From Chiloscyllium plagiosum (Eukaryota): 62,181 nucleotides of DNA. The DNA is taken from assembly GCF_004010195.1 (NCBI RefSeq), contig NC_057719.1:22521062-22583242 (forward strand), read 5' to 3'. Made by a program: the position numbers and the translations under genes. Numbering within the stretch: the stretch's first letter is position 1; each line of letters opens with the position of its first letter. The notes under the pieces are model-generated. The model saw only the letters and a program-made list of their open reading frames with translations, was not told the origin of the DNA and did no database searches. Below are positions 1-13,183 of the stretch, in pieces.

Positions 1-300
1 AAAGAGGAGGACTCCTTTGTAGAGGACCTTCCAGTGGGGATCTCCACTGCTGGGGGGCAAAACATCATGACAGGGCGTCTGCAGTGAGCAGGTGAAAGCA
101 CTGCGGTGGAGAGAATGCAGCATCAACCCATATAGTTAGTACCTCAACTGGGAGGATATCCCTAAGACAGCTCTGATCGTGAGGCACCATGTCGTGCGGT
201 AGAGTCTACAGCATGGGGACCACTGTCGAATTCCAGAAGGGGAGGGGTCAGTTCAAATGGATGCCCACTGCATGTTTGAGGTGTTGGTGCAGAGTGCCTT

Positions 301-662
301 GCCCATTGACTTAAGTCTCTATTTCCCTGGCTTTTCCTGACAGCATTTCTTCAATAATGGCACCACATTAGCCAACTTAGAGTCTTCTGGCACCTCATGG
401 CTGTCAATGGTACAAATATCTCAGCAAGCAGCCCAGAATTCTGAGAATCACCCAATCAGGTCCTGGGGATTTATCTACCTTTATGCATTTTGAGACCTCC
501 AGCATCTCCTCTTATGCAATATGAACTCTTTTCAAGACATCATTATTTACTTCTTCAAGTTCCCTAGCTTCCATGTCCTTCTCCTCAGTAAATCCTAATG
601 CAAGATATTCTTTTCATATCTCACCCATCTCCTGTGGTTCCACATGAACAGAGTTGATCTTT
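301..662 (-). mobile_element. CR1 LINE ORF2 fragment
   Basis: Reverse strand reads EVPEDSKLANVVPLLKK, matching EVPEDWRLANVVPMFKKG in the CR1 copy at 38154-38552. Confidence 0.75.
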
Positions 663-666
663 AAGG

Positions 667-870
667 CAGAGCAAAGTACAGCAGATGCTGGAATCTGTAC
701 AGAAAACAACCAATGCTGGAGATCACAGTCGTTCAGGTAGCATCCATGGAGAGAGAGCAAGGTACATTTTGGGTCTAGATGACTCTTCGTCAGAGCTTAT
801 GCTATAGTGGGAGGGAGGAAGATTGGAGTGCTGGGGGAGAAAGAATGTTGATAGCTCAGATTAAGTGGCA
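667..870 (-). mobile_element. Penelope-like element terminal-repeat fragment with degenerate hammerhead
   Basis: cagcagatgctggaatc... terminus; reverse strand has CTGACGAAGAGTCATCTAGACCC; same family as 33630-34290. Confidence 0.7.
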
Positions 871-962
871 AAGGAATTAATGAATAACAAAAACAAGAAG
901 TTTGTGAAAGCCAATGAATCCTGTCGCCACCCAGTATTCTCAAAACTAATTGATTGCATCAT

Positions 963-1321
963 CGGCACAGTGGCACAGTGGGGCGGCACGGTGGCACAGT
1001 GGGGCGGCACGGTGGCACAGTGGTTAGCACTGCTGCCTCACAGCGCCAGAGACCCGGGTTCAATTCCCTCCTCAGGCGACTCTCTGTGTGGGGTTTGCAC
1101 ATTCTCCCCGTGTCTGTGTGGGTTTCCTTTAGGTGCTCCGGTTTCCTCCCACAGTCCAAAAATGTGCAGGTTAGGTGAATTGGCCTGCTAAATTGCCCGT
1201 AGTGTTAGGTGAAGGGGTAAATGTAGGGGAATGGGTCTGGGTGGGTGCGCTTCGGCGGGTCGGTGTGGACTTGTTGGGCCGAAGGGCTTGTTTCCACACT
1301 GTAAGTAATCTAATCTAATCT
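963..1321 (+). mobile_element. tRNA-derived SINE (HE1/V-SINE type), full length, with triplicated 5' end
   Basis: A-box tggcacagtgg, B-box ggttcaattcc, conserved core, CR1-like tail ending in (taatc)n. Confidence 0.9.
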
Positions 1322-2549
1322 TATAAATGCTGAGGTTACCTACAATAGTTTTTTCTTTAAAATCCCCTTCTGATGCTCCGACTAATACATTCATGAGATC
1401 TCATGATGTTTGTCCCATTGTTTCTGAATTAAAATATCAATAAGGCTTATAATTTTGAAATCAGTGTCTTTAGAAATCAGTGTCTTCGGAAACCACTTAG
1501 AGAAAATCCTTTATTATTAAATTCACAAGGTAGTTGTGTGTAACGAGAGCCTTCCTTCAAAAATTATATCCATTGTCCATTAGCCAGCTTCTTCACCACA
1601 AATTACTAAAATGTATCAGCTTCAGCAGAAGTCAGGCTGATCCTGAAGGCAGATGATTACACATGTCTAACTATAATGCATAACAAATACAGGCACAACA
1701 GAAAATGTTAACAATGCCCCTTTTATTATCAGATAGGAAAGGCTGAAAACCAGATTGTCATTGATATAAGGTCAGAATAGGCTTACATAGCTTCATGTTA
1801 ATTTGACAACTATAATCAATTCAACGAGTTTTATCATGTCTTTTATAACTACTGTATAGTGCTCTGAGTTGCGTTACATTGCATAGATATGAGTAAGTCT
1901 AAGATTAAGACGTGACTGCAGTTCTAAAAGATTGTGTTAGTTTAAGTTCTGATTTATGGCTAAGTGACAAGTTGCTTCTGTGGATCATTCCTTTCTGAGA
2001 ATTTACATCCTCATAGATTTTCCCACAACTGCTTTCAATCATCTTCTTACAGTCCGACAGGCCCGTAAATGTCAGCCCCCTTTCAGTAATTTCTCTGTAA
2101 ATTTTGAACCACCTGTAGCCAGCTGGGATCTCACAAACCTCTCCCCCTTTGACTCACTCTCATCAAACAGATTGGCAGTAAGAATCAATAGTGAAATGAA
2201 TTGAACACAAAAGTGGTTAAAAAATACAATTCGAGGTATTTGCAAATGTTCAGACATACAAAACTGATTCTGATTCAAATACACTTCTCTTTTTAAAAAG
2301 ATATAGCATTATGATTTTACAGAGTAGCAATATGGCTGGTTGGGCATTTTTTTTACTTTTGACTTCCATCAGTATGAATGTACAGACAAACAAAAATATC
2401 AGATTCCTTGTTCATGCATTTTGGATAGCCATCAGATGACAGGAAGTCTGACTTGGCTTGTGATGAACTTAGCTTGATGCGTACTTCAGATCATTATCTG
2501 ATATAAAGTGTTTTGATTATTAAATTATTTGATATGAAGAAAGTCAATC

Positions 2550-2660
2550 AAAAGCAAAATGCAGCTGCTGCTGGAAATCTGAAGTAAAAGTAGAGGAGGC
2601 CAGAAACACTCAGCATGTCAGGCAGCATCTGAAGAGAAGCAGAAACATTTCATCAGAGCT
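2550..2660 (-). mobile_element. PLE terminal-repeat fragment
   Basis: gcagctgctgctggaaatctgaa...tcaggcagcatct...tcatcagagct, like the other PLE termini in the window. Confidence 0.6.
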
Positions 2661-2665
2661 GGTGA

Positions 2666-2945
2666 GATTTAGTTAGATTCCCGTATAGTATGGAAATAGG
2701 CCCCACAAGTCCACACCAATCCTCTGAAGAGTAACCCACCCAGACCCATTCCCCTACCTTGGATTTATCTCTGACTAATGCATCTAACACTAGGGGCAAG
2801 TTAGCATGGCCAATTCACCTGGCCTGCATGTCTTTGGATTGTGGGAGGAAATCTCATGTATAAACTCCACACAGTCACCTGAGGTGGGATTCGAACCCAA
2901 GTCCCTGGCACTAGAAGGCAGCTGTGCTAACCACTGAGCCACCAG
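2666..2945 (-). mobile_element. HE1-type SINE
   Basis: Reverse complement of the 963-1321 SINE. Confidence 0.85.
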
Positions 2946-3883
2946 GCTACTCCAGTTGGAAGGCCACTGAGACATTGGGTCAGATGTGAAGAGCCACTTT
3001 GTCAGTTTGCAAAATATTAATTAAAGCTATTTGTCGGTCAGGACAGATGCCAGATGGCTATTAAAATTCATACGTTTTTGAAAACCTCACTTAGTACCTT
3101 AACTGTTTAAGTTATTCTTCAAAATTATTGTTTCCTTCTTATGCCAGTTTTCTTCAGAGCAAAGTGTTTTCATGGGTATGTGAAGATCCGTTGGAGTGAT
3201 ATTTGGTCTCTGCCTAAAAATGTGTGTCAATCTGGCTTCTTCCTGGAATCCCCAGAAGCACCATCACGAATAATATTAAAACAGGGGGAATGTTAAGGGT
3301 ATTTATCAGAAGTCTTCAAAACCATGATTTGTTTCGTAAAGTCAACAGGTCAAAACTGTTTCCAGTGACAGAGGGTTTGAAAAAAGACACCATTTTAAAG
3401 GTCTTGGCAGTGTACCAGAGGTGAGATGAGAATTTTTTTTAAATGCAGTGATTTGAATGCACCTTCTGTGCATTGCCTGAAAGATCCACTGGGGGAGAAA
3501 TTAGCTTCACCTTGAAAATGTACATTGGGTTCAAATACTATTAGCAAGTACTGATTCATGGTTATGGAGGCTGGATGTTAAATCCTCGCTTTCTTTCTTG
3601 AATGATTGCTACATACCAAGTAATATTCTCCACATTGTTCATTGATCGTACACATTAAGTGGAGGCCCAATCTCACAAGTAGTTGGTTTAACTTTAAGGC
3701 AGTTGGCATCTAATAAAAGGGAAGTGTACGCCTGCAAAAAAGATCTGGGAGGTTTTTCAAGTATTAATCTGTGCCTTGACACTTTGAGGAGTTGGCTCAA
3801 TGTGTCAGAGCATAGATATCATGGTTTAATGCAATGAAAATATCAGTGCATGGAAGGAGAGGCACCTATATTTTCAAGGGGAA

Positions 3884-5100
3884 AAAGTCAGAAGTCACAC
3901 AACACCAGATTATAGAAAACAGATTTGTTTGCAGTTACAAGCATTTGGAACACTGCTTCTTTATCAGGTGAAGTGAATGAAAGTGCACAGGCACAGAATA
4001 TATGGGTGGAGAGATAATGCCAAGTTAATTCCAGGAATTAAGAGTGTCAACCGATAAGCACAAATAGTGTTCATCATCCAGTACTCCTCCAGAGCACAGA
4101 AACTACGCCATGTCCTTCGTAGCCTTCAGCATGTCATTGATGATGAGGAACATCTCGATAAGGCCATCCCTACAGCTTCAAACAGCCTCCTAACTTTAAA
4201 CAGACCGTTGTTTGCAGCAAACTACTCAGTCTTCAGGAGAACAGCGCCCACAACACCACACAATCCTGCCATGGCAACCTCTGCAAGACCTGTCAGATCA
4301 TCAACATGGATACCACCATCACATGTGGGGACACCACACATCCCATGCATAGTACGTATTTAAGTGACTTGGCTAACATTGTCTACCTCATATGCTGCAG
4401 GAAAGGATGTCCTGAGGCATGGTATATCAGCGAGACCATGTAGGTGCAACAAAAATAGATGAACAGATACTGTGTAGCAATCACCAGACAGGAATGTTCC
4501 CTCCCAGTCAGAGAACACTTCAGCAGTCAGGGACATTCAGCCTCCAATCTTCGGATAAGTCTCCTACAAGGCAGCTTTGGAGAAACTGTTTTGTTTTGCC
4601 ATCATTACCTTCATTACTTGTTATGATCTCCCTACCTTAATTAGTTTGTATAGTCTTTTATTACTTGTTACTTTACCTCATATGCCACTCTGACACCAAC
4701 TCATGTTATTTGAGCCACTTGATTCGTCTCGAGCATCATCTTATTTTTGGTTATTTGTCACGATCTCTCTGCCTTAATTAATCAGTTCATAGGTCAACCC
4801 TTCACTTGTTATTCAGCTGTTGACACTTTACTCACACCATTCAACACTTTTGTCATCTGCAAAGACTTGTTATTCAGCTTGTTGACACTCCAGTCACAGT
4901 ATTTGTTCTTATCGGTTGACACTCTGAATTACTGGGAATTATCTTGCTATTATCTCTCCACCAATATATTCTGTGCTTATGCACTGATGAAGGAACAGCA
5001 TTCTAAAAGCTTGTGATTTCAAATAAACATGAAGGACTATAACCTGGTGTCATGTGACTTCTGACTTTGTCCTCCCCAGTCCAACACCAGCACCTCCATG
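3884..5100 (+). mobile_element. Penelope-like retroelement remnant: GIY-YIG endonuclease end flanked by inverted terminal repeats
   Basis: Frameshifted CHGNLCKTCQII...NIVYLICCRKGCPEAWYISET...REHFSSQGH; ~3886-3975 is an inverted copy of ~4980-5067; hammerhead-like CTGATGAAGGAACAGCATTC at 4984. Confidence 0.85.
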
Positions 5101-5124
5101 TACAAAGGGACAGGAAACTTCCAG

Positions 5125-5580
5125 ACATGGAGCAATGGGAGCAAGTAGAGGTGAAGATCAGTGCCAAGTGATCCAATCGCTGGAAAGTAGTCAATCTGAC
5201 ACAAGTTGTCAAAGTGAGTGGTTGCATCTTCCAATAGAATATCCACCAAATGCACAACTAGCCACATCCACTTCTCAATTCACCACAATCACACCATCCA
5301 ACTCCTAGCAATTTTTATCAGAGTGCCTAACACTTCAATTCATAATCTTTATCTAATTCTCACTAATGTTCCAATACTGAAAGCCTTACACTCACAACTT
5401 GCTTTACACATACACACAACTATGACAGCCACATTAACCAACATGTCACAGGACATTCACTGACACATCCAACTTCTCTCCAGGAGAAAGTTGCACATAA
5501 TATCAGGCAACGAGAAGGACAAGCAGTTCTATATGTTTTAGTACCATGGAAAAGCCAATGCTGGTCACTGAGGGAAAGGA
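5125..5580 (+). mobile_element. Probable PIF/Harbinger Myb/SANT-protein gene remnant with intron
   Basis: WEQVEVKISAK...NLTQVVK|gtgagt (5214) ... ctccag|EKVAHNIRQRE (5484), resembling Harbinger Myb-like NDLTR..K / EKLAHNRRE. Confidence 0.45.
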
Positions 5581-6194
5581 TTTTTTGTGAGGCCATGGGT
5601 CTAAAGGGAATGAATATGAGGCTAGCGACACACCTAATCATCTTCCTCTCTTCCCACTTCTATCAGCCATATTCGAGTGGCAGAGCAGACTAGATAGGCC
5701 GATGGCCTAATTCTTCTCCTATACCTTATGGTTTTATGGTGTCTCCCAACCAATAGTTAGTTTACACTCATAAGTTGTAGCTAATGTAATGAGGCAATTC
5801 TTATTTTCTTCTCCCCTCTTAATGAAACACAACTCTTGTCTTTTTTCACAACTAAGGCAATGACTACAAACAACCAGCTCAAACTTAAAAAATACATAAC
5901 ACATCTACGTAATTTGCTAATTGGACAACAGACTCATTGACACATACAGCTTGGAAACAGACCGTTCGGTCTTGAATGAGTGAATAATTATACTGATAAC
6001 CAAACTGGGATCGCCAGTTAGACTCAAAGTGTGGCACACATCAGTAAGTTGGAAATGATATGTGTTAATTCATAAGACCCCATGCTTTTTGCAAACAGAA
6101 TAGACATCAATATGCAACCTTGCCTGTCTCAATTCAACAAAATAGGTGATAGTCATTTGCTGTCCATCGCAGAGGGCAACACTTTGACCAATCA

Positions 6195-6415
6195 GGGCAG
6201 CATGGTGGCTCAGTGGTTACAGTGCCAAGGACCCAGGTTGGGTTCCTGCATCGGGCGACTGTCTGCATGGAGTTGTCCCATTCTCCCTGTGTCTACAAGG
6301 GTTTCTTCCAGGTGCTCTGGTTTCCTCCCACAATTCTAAGATGTGCAGGATAGGTGAATTGGCCATGCTGAATTGCCCATAGTGTTCAGGGATGTATAGT
6401 TTAGATGCATTAGGC
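6195..6415 (+). mobile_element. HE1-type SINE, 3' truncated
   Basis: gggcagcatggtggctcagtggtt head plus core. Confidence 0.8.
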
Positions 6416-7197
6416 AGAGATAAAATTGCCCTGACGAATGCAAGATAATATGCTTCGATAAAATGTGTATTTTCTTTAGCAAAACAAAGGTGAATTCAGG
6501 AGTTGGCTCATGCATGTAAATTACTAATTACTAGTTCACTTAGAATAATGAAAAATAAGTCACATACCTTTCATCAATTTTCAAATGAAACTATTGAGGA
6601 CTAGAAGGGTTTTTCTCTCCTGACTATTTGCAGTTCATTTCAGTTTGGAATTTTCTGCATTTTCAAAGAGCATGGTTGCTGAGTTTCTGTAGAGAAAATA
6701 TAATCTTGTCAGTGAAAACAAATTAGTTCATCTGCATACTGTTTGGGCAGGAGTCCTTTTTTCTGGTTGAGGTAGTGCTGATCTCTCTATCCTAACTAGC
6801 TTGCCATGGCTTCTCCTTAGAATAGTACAATTTGCTGTCTCAAGCCAATTTGTATCATGTCACCAACGAATCAATATATGTACTTCCAGTATCCACACAA
6901 CTAATCCAATATCATTAACTATTGATACATGGGGGCTATTTGTTCCTGCTTGTGACAATATGGTTTCCACACAACTCTGTTAGATAGTGAATTTACAGAC
7001 ACCATGGATAATAAAGTACACAAAAAATGTTCAGCTCATGTACAAATTTTTATTTTTCAATGCTATTTCCTTGACTCAATTTCTATAGGAGCAATTCATG
7101 CTTTATTAATTACTTCCTGTTTGCAATATTTAAAGATTGTCTTAATATCTGTTTTATATTCTCAACTAGCTTTCTCTCATATTCAGTTTAATTTTCT

Positions 7198-7512
7198 TTA
7201 AGATTTCCCACAGCACGGAAACAGGCCCTTCAGCCCAACAAGTTCACATCGACCCTCTGAACAGTAACCCAACAAGACCCATTCCCCTACGCCATATTCA
7301 CCCCTGACTAATGCACCTAACACTATGGACAACTTAGCATGGCCAATTCACCTGACCTACACATCATTGGACTGTGGGTGGAAACCCACGCAGACATGGG
7401 GAGAATGTGTAAACTCCATACAGACAGACAGTCAGTCACCCGAGCAGGAATCAAACATAGGTCACTGGTGCTGTGAGGCAGCAGTGCTAACCACTGAGCC
7501 ATTGTGCCACCC
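7198..7512 (-). mobile_element. HE1-type SINE
   Basis: Reverse complement of the SINE consensus seen elsewhere in the window. Confidence 0.85.
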
Positions 7513-7979
7513 CCTTTCCCTGTCTATGTTAAGCTATAGGTAAAGGGAGATTTCCACAATATCAACCTGATCATAAAGAGAAAAAGGAACAATTGAGAGA
7601 TTCTGGGGAATGATCAGAGTCTTGGGATTAGCTAAGTGGTTCTTAAGAGAATTGGCACAAAAATAGTGGGCAGAATGACCTCCTTTTTTGTAATAGCTAT
7701 ATTAAGTCAGGGCTGTCACTTACATTTGAGTTTATTAAAACATCCAGATGATTGGAGTTATGAGTTCTACAAATAAACTAGTATTCTGATTTTTATTTAA
7801 AAAGGACAGTCCTCCATTGGACATTTCTATCTTAGCAACTATCTGGAGACATGAATTAACTCCTATCTGTACAGCAACTACAAAAGGGAATTTGATCCCT
7901 GGACTGCATCGAGGGTCAAGGTAAATTGTCCACATTGTAAAACATTTTTCAAAAAGTATAACAATCATTATCTTCATTC

Positions 7980-9505
7980 TCATATTTAAAAAGGGAAGTA
8001 GACAAAAGATGAGGATTTATAGACCAGTGAGCATCTGTAGTAGGGAAGATGCTTGAGTCTATTATGAAGGAAGAAATAGCAGCGCATCTCAAAATAATTG
8101 TCCCATTGTAGAGACGCAGCTTGGATTCATGAAGGGCAGGTCATGTTTCACAATTTTTTTGGAATTCCATGGAGACATTTCAAGCAAGGTGGACAATGGG
8201 GACCCAGTTGATGTGGTGTACCTAAACTTCCAAAATGCATTTGACAAGGGGCAGCACATGAGACTGCTGCATAAGATAATGATGCATGGTGTTAGAGTTA
8301 GAGTATTAACCTGGATAGAGGATTAGTTACTAACAGGAAGCAAAGAATGGGGATACATGAGTGTTTTTCTGGCTGGCAATGAGTGACTAGTGGTATGTTT
8401 CAGGGATTGGTGTTGGGACCACAATTATTTGCAATTAATATCGATGATTTGGAATTGGGATCCACATGTATGGTGTCAAAATTTGCCGATGACACTAAGA
8501 TGAGTGGCAGAGCAAAATGTACAGGGGGACTGTGAAACTTTGCAAAGGAACATAGATACATTGAGTGAGTGGGCAAAGGTCTGGCAGATGGAATACAACG
8601 CTCGTAAATGTGAAGTCATACATTTTGGTAGGAGTAACAGCAAAATAGATTATTACTTGAATGGTAAAAAAGTTGCAGCATGCTGATTTGCAGAGGGACT
8701 TGGGTGTCCTTGTGCATGAATCACAGAAAGCTGGTCTGCAGATACAACAAATAATTAGGAAGATAAATGGAATTTTGTCCTTCATCGCTAAAGGGATTGA
8801 GTTTAAAAGTAGAGAAGTAATGTTACAGCTGGACAAGTGCTGGTGAGGCCACACCTGGACTACTGTGCAGATTTGGTCTCCTTACTTAAGAAAGGATGTA
8901 GTAGCACTGGAGAGGGTGCAGAGGAGGTTCACTAGGTTGATTCCGGAGTCACGTGGGTTGGCTTATGAGGAGAGGCTGAGTAGATTGGAATTATATTCTT
9001 TGGAATTCAGAAGAATGAGGGGAGATCTTATCAAAACATATAAAATTATGAAGGAAATTGTTAAAATAGAAATAGATAGAATGTTTCCACTTTCTGGATT
9101 AGTGGTGCTGGAAGAGCACAGCAGTTCAGGCAGCATCCGAGGAGCAGTAGACTCGACGTTACGGGCAAAAGCCCTTGATCAGGAATACAGGTGAGAGTAC
9201 AACAAAAGGGCATGGCATCAAGATTAGAGGAAGCAGGTTTAGAACTGAACTGAGAAGGAATTTCTTCGCCCAGAGGGTTGATAATCAATGGAATGCCTTG
9301 CCCAGGGAAGTAGATGCATTACTTCAGTAATGGCGTTTTAAGCTAAAGTAGATACTTCTCTGAAAAATAAAGGAATAAAGGGATATGGTGAAAACGTGGG
9401 TGAGTGGAGCTGAGTCCATGAAAAGATTGGCCATTATCTTATTGAGTGGCGAAGCAGGCTCGAAGGGCCAAATGGCCTACTCCTGCTCCTGGTTCTTATG
9501 TAGTT
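7980..9505 (+). mobile_element. CR1 LINE, 5'-truncated (RT and 3'UTR), decayed
   Basis: GRSCFT..LEF, VDVVYLNFQNAFDK, VSKFADDT, WQMEYNARKCEVIHFG, LERVQRRFTRLIP; tail ttcttatg. Confidence 0.9.
9092..9188 (-). mobile_element. PLE terminal-repeat fragment inserted in CR1
   Basis: gtggtgctggaagagcacagcagttcaggcagcatcc...cgggcaaaagcccttgatcagg interrupts the CR1 reading frame. Confidence 0.8.
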
Positions 9506-10047
9506 ATGGGTATATGACCCTGAGGGTGACAAGAAGGCTTTGCGTGTGGTGAGACAGGAGATTCGGGGAATAAGATTCTGCTCATACAAGTTTCTCAGAA
9601 GGCAAGATCTGGTTTAGATTTCCAACAGCAGGCCAGAAGGAGACAGACTCATAAAAGTTAAGAGCCATCATCATCTTGGTAATTACAATCAATGTTCTCA
9701 TTGCTTTATTTTGAAGTTAAGGCTGTGGCTGCAGCTGTCGGCAGATTTTCATCCTAATCCCTTTAGTGAACGGCAGTTACCCCAAGCACTGGTTCTCACT
9801 TGAAGTAAGAGAATTATTCTGCTGAGCACCCTTTGCCTCTCATCATCCACAGGGTTCAGATTTTTTCCTGAATAGAAGAAAGATACGAGGCTACAGGGAA
9901 AGTGCAGTGGATGGAACTAGTTGCATTTATCTATCAAAGAAAAAATGTTGTTTTCTTCTCTGTTGCATCTTTCCATAATTCTACAATGAAAGATTAGTTG
10001 ATAAGAATTAGAAATCAAACAAATGCTTACTGACTGCCCCTCACACC

Positions 10048-11001
10048 ATGTGATAATGAGTCAACTCAAATATACAAAGTCAGTGACACAATGCTTCCTA
10101 CCACAACTAATCTGTGTGGTTTAAGTGTGTGATTTATATTCATTTGTTGACATCATATATATTAGAATTTGAATTTTGAACTAGTGGCATGTGAGATTTG
10201 TTCTATGTGCATGAGACACTTAACTTGTCAGTTTTTCAACAGCCATGGCTTTTATGAGAAAGTATGAGAAAGATTCCAGGGGACTGTTAATGGGAATTTG
10301 TTTGCTTTGGGATGGTTTTATTAGAGGTGGAGTAAATATTGAGGAACATTAGCTTGCTTTCTGTTGAAAAGGATCAGGAATGTTTTTAGTTGGGGGAAAA
10401 CACACAGCTTGAAAAGCTTTAGTTTTTATTTTATAGAGGTTTTATTGAAAGTTGGATGTGGGAAATACTTTGTCTTGAAGAAAGAAAATGAGTTAAAACT
10501 GTTCAGAAATAGGTTACCTCAGAGTAAAGCTTTCAGTTTGAAAGTTCCTTACTAGAATTGTTTGGTTAGAACTTGAAGGGATTACTCAAAGCTGAGAAAG
10601 TTAAAACTTAGTTGTGTGACTAATCAAGAAAGATTCTACCCATCTTTCAAAACAGGAAACGGAAAGAAATAGTTAACTCAAGCTTATAGACATAATACAG
10701 AAGTGATTTTATTTTCTGACTTTTGCGTATGGTGAAGTAATGCTGTTCAGATAGCTTAGATTATATTTTCGGTTTTGACATCTTTCAAGTTGTGTTATAT
10801 GAAATAGTTTGGTTTATTTAACTTTATCTTCTTTTCTGTTCTGTAATAATTTCTGTTTTATGGTTTAAACAAAATCTGCTGCATTGCTTGCTTAAGTTAA
10901 GTGAAAGACCACCTCATTTTAAAGAAAAATATGATCCATCAAGCCAGATTTCAGCCTAGGATATGACTTGATGAGTAATACCATGAGCTGGGATCATGAT
11001 A
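10048..11001 (+). mobile_element. Possible solo LTR
   Basis: Begins tgtgat, ends gctgggatcatgata (degenerate TG..CA), T-rich U3/R-like composition, no coding. Confidence 0.4.
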
Positions 11002-11364
11002 GATGCATCACTTCATCCCCACCAAAACTGCCATCACCATTATCAACAATTGAGTATAAAATATCATACAAATGTATTAAAATTTGTTCAGTGCTACTAA
11101 CTACATCAATTTAGAGACTGTTCAAAGAAACTAAAACACTCTTCATTTAGCCCACTCATTTGTTTAATATACAGAGCAAAATTTATATCAGGTAGTCATT
11201 GATAGAGTTAAGAATGGTTATTAATATGTCTGGCTATGCTTGATAATATTTGCATTGATTTTGGCATGAAAATATTCAAATAATATAGTGTAGAATAAGG
11301 CACAAGCTTTAAGATTTGTTTAATTAGAATCGGGAGTAAGGGTTTTCAATTTAGTTTAACTGTG

Positions 11365-11772
11365 CATGGCTCAGTGGATAGCACTGTTGTCTTGCAGCGC
11401 CAGGGACATGGGTTCAATTCCACCCTTGGGCTATGTCTGTGTGAAATTTGTACATTCTCCTTGTGTCTATGTGGGTTTCCTCCCACAGTCCAAAGATAGT
11501 CAGGTACATTCGTCAGGAGTAAGTATAGAATAATGGTATAGGGGAATGGTTCTGGGTGGGTTACTCTTTGGAGGATCGGTTTGGACTTGTTGGAATGAAG
11601 GGCCTGTTTCTACAGTGTCGGGATTCTATAATTCTATGTGCTGATTAGGTGGAGCGGCCATGAGAAATGTAGTGTTACAGGGCAGGAGGGTGGGTCTGGT
11701 GGGATGCTCTTGAGAGGATTGGTATGGACTTGATGGGCTAAATCATTTGCTTCCACCCTGTAGGGATTCTAT
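11365..11772 (+). mobile_element. HE1-type SINE plus second partial SINE 3' half
   Basis: tggctcagtgg A-box, ggttcaattcc B-box; tail gggattctataat occurs twice (~11620, ~11763). Confidence 0.8.
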
Positions 11773-11957
11773 AATCACTAATAATAAAACAATTATAAAG
11801 GTTCATTTTTGCAAGTCCACTGAAAGTCTTTTGCAGTAAAAGAGAAACATTATTTGAAAACAAAAACTTAAATTTCTGGGGCACAACACACTGAGATGCA
11901 CTCAAAAGAATCTGACAGGGGTTGTTGATGTTCTTACTGAGCTAATCTTTTAATAAG

Positions 11958-13183
11958 AGAGCCTGACGTCAGTGGTGGGCAAGTTGTTGGAGGGAATTCT
12001 GAGGGACAGGATGTACATGTATTTGGAAAAGCAAGGACTGAATAGGGATAGCTAACATGGCTTTGTGCGTGGGAAATCATGTCTCACAAACTTGATTGAG
12101 TTTTTTGAGGACGTAACAAAGAGGAATGATGAGGGCAGAGCGGTAGATGTGATCTATATGGACTTCAGTAAGGCGTTCGAAAAGGTTCCCCATGGGAGAC
12201 TGATTAGCCATTTGGATACATAACTGGCTCAAAGGTAGAAGACAGAGGGTGGTGGTGGAGGGTTGTTTTTCAGACTGGAGGCCTGTGACCAATGGAGTAC
12301 CACAAGGATCGGTGTTGGGTCTTCTACCTTTCGTCATTTGCGTAAATGATTTGGATTCGAGCATAAGAGGTACAGTTAGTAAGTTTGCAGATGACACCAA
12401 AATTGGAGGTGTAGTGGACAACGAAGAGAGTTACCACAGATTACAACAGGATCTTGACCAGATGGGCCAATGGGCTGAGAAATGGCAGATGGAGTTTAAT
12501 TCAGATAAATGCGAGGTGCTGCATTTTGGGAAAGCAAATCTTNNNNNNNNNNNNNNNNNNNNNNNNNNNNNNNNNNNNNNNNNNNNNNNNNNNNNNNNNN
12601 NNNNNNNNNNNNNNNNNNNNNNNNNNNNNNNNNNNNNNNNNNNNNNNNNNNNNNNNNNNNNNNNNNAAAGATGTTGTGAAACTTGAAAGGGTTCAGAAAA
12701 GAGTTACAAGGATGTTGCCAGGGTTGGAGGATTTGAACTATAGGGAGAGGTTGAACAGGCTGGGGCTGTTTTCCCTGGAGCGACGGAAGCTGAGGGGTGA
12801 CCTTATAGAGGTTTACAAGATTATGAGGGACATGGATAGGGTAAATAGACAAAGTCTTTTCCCTGGGGTCGGCGAATCCAGAACTAGAGGGCATAGGTTT
12901 AGGGTGAGAGGGGAAAGATATAAAAGAGACCAACGGGGCAACATTTTCACACAGAGAATGGTATGTGTATGGAATGAGCTGTCAAAGAAAGTGGTGGAGG
13001 CTGGTACAATTGCAACATTTAAGAGGCATTTGGGCTGGGCATATGAATAGGAAGGGTTTGAAGGGATATGGGCAGGGTGCTGGCAGGTGGGACTAGATTG
13101 GGTTGGGATATCTGATCAGCATGGATGGGTTGGACCGAAGGGTCTGTTTCCATGCTGTAAATCTATATGACTCTATGACTCTA
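11958..13183 (+). mobile_element. CR1 (HER1-like) LINE 3' part spanning an assembly gap
   Basis: GVPQGSVLG, SKFADDTK, LERVQKRVTRMLPG; tail (actctatg)n. Confidence 0.92.
12543..12666. other. Assembly gap (124 N)
   Basis: Run of N. Confidence 1.

Noticed and set aside
1..300. Possible L1/Tx1 or other TE fragment
   Set aside because: No motif I could identify with confidence
982..1075. tRNA genes at SINE heads
   Set aside because: A/B boxes run into SINE core and LINE-like tail; many diverged copies, no intact cloverleaf
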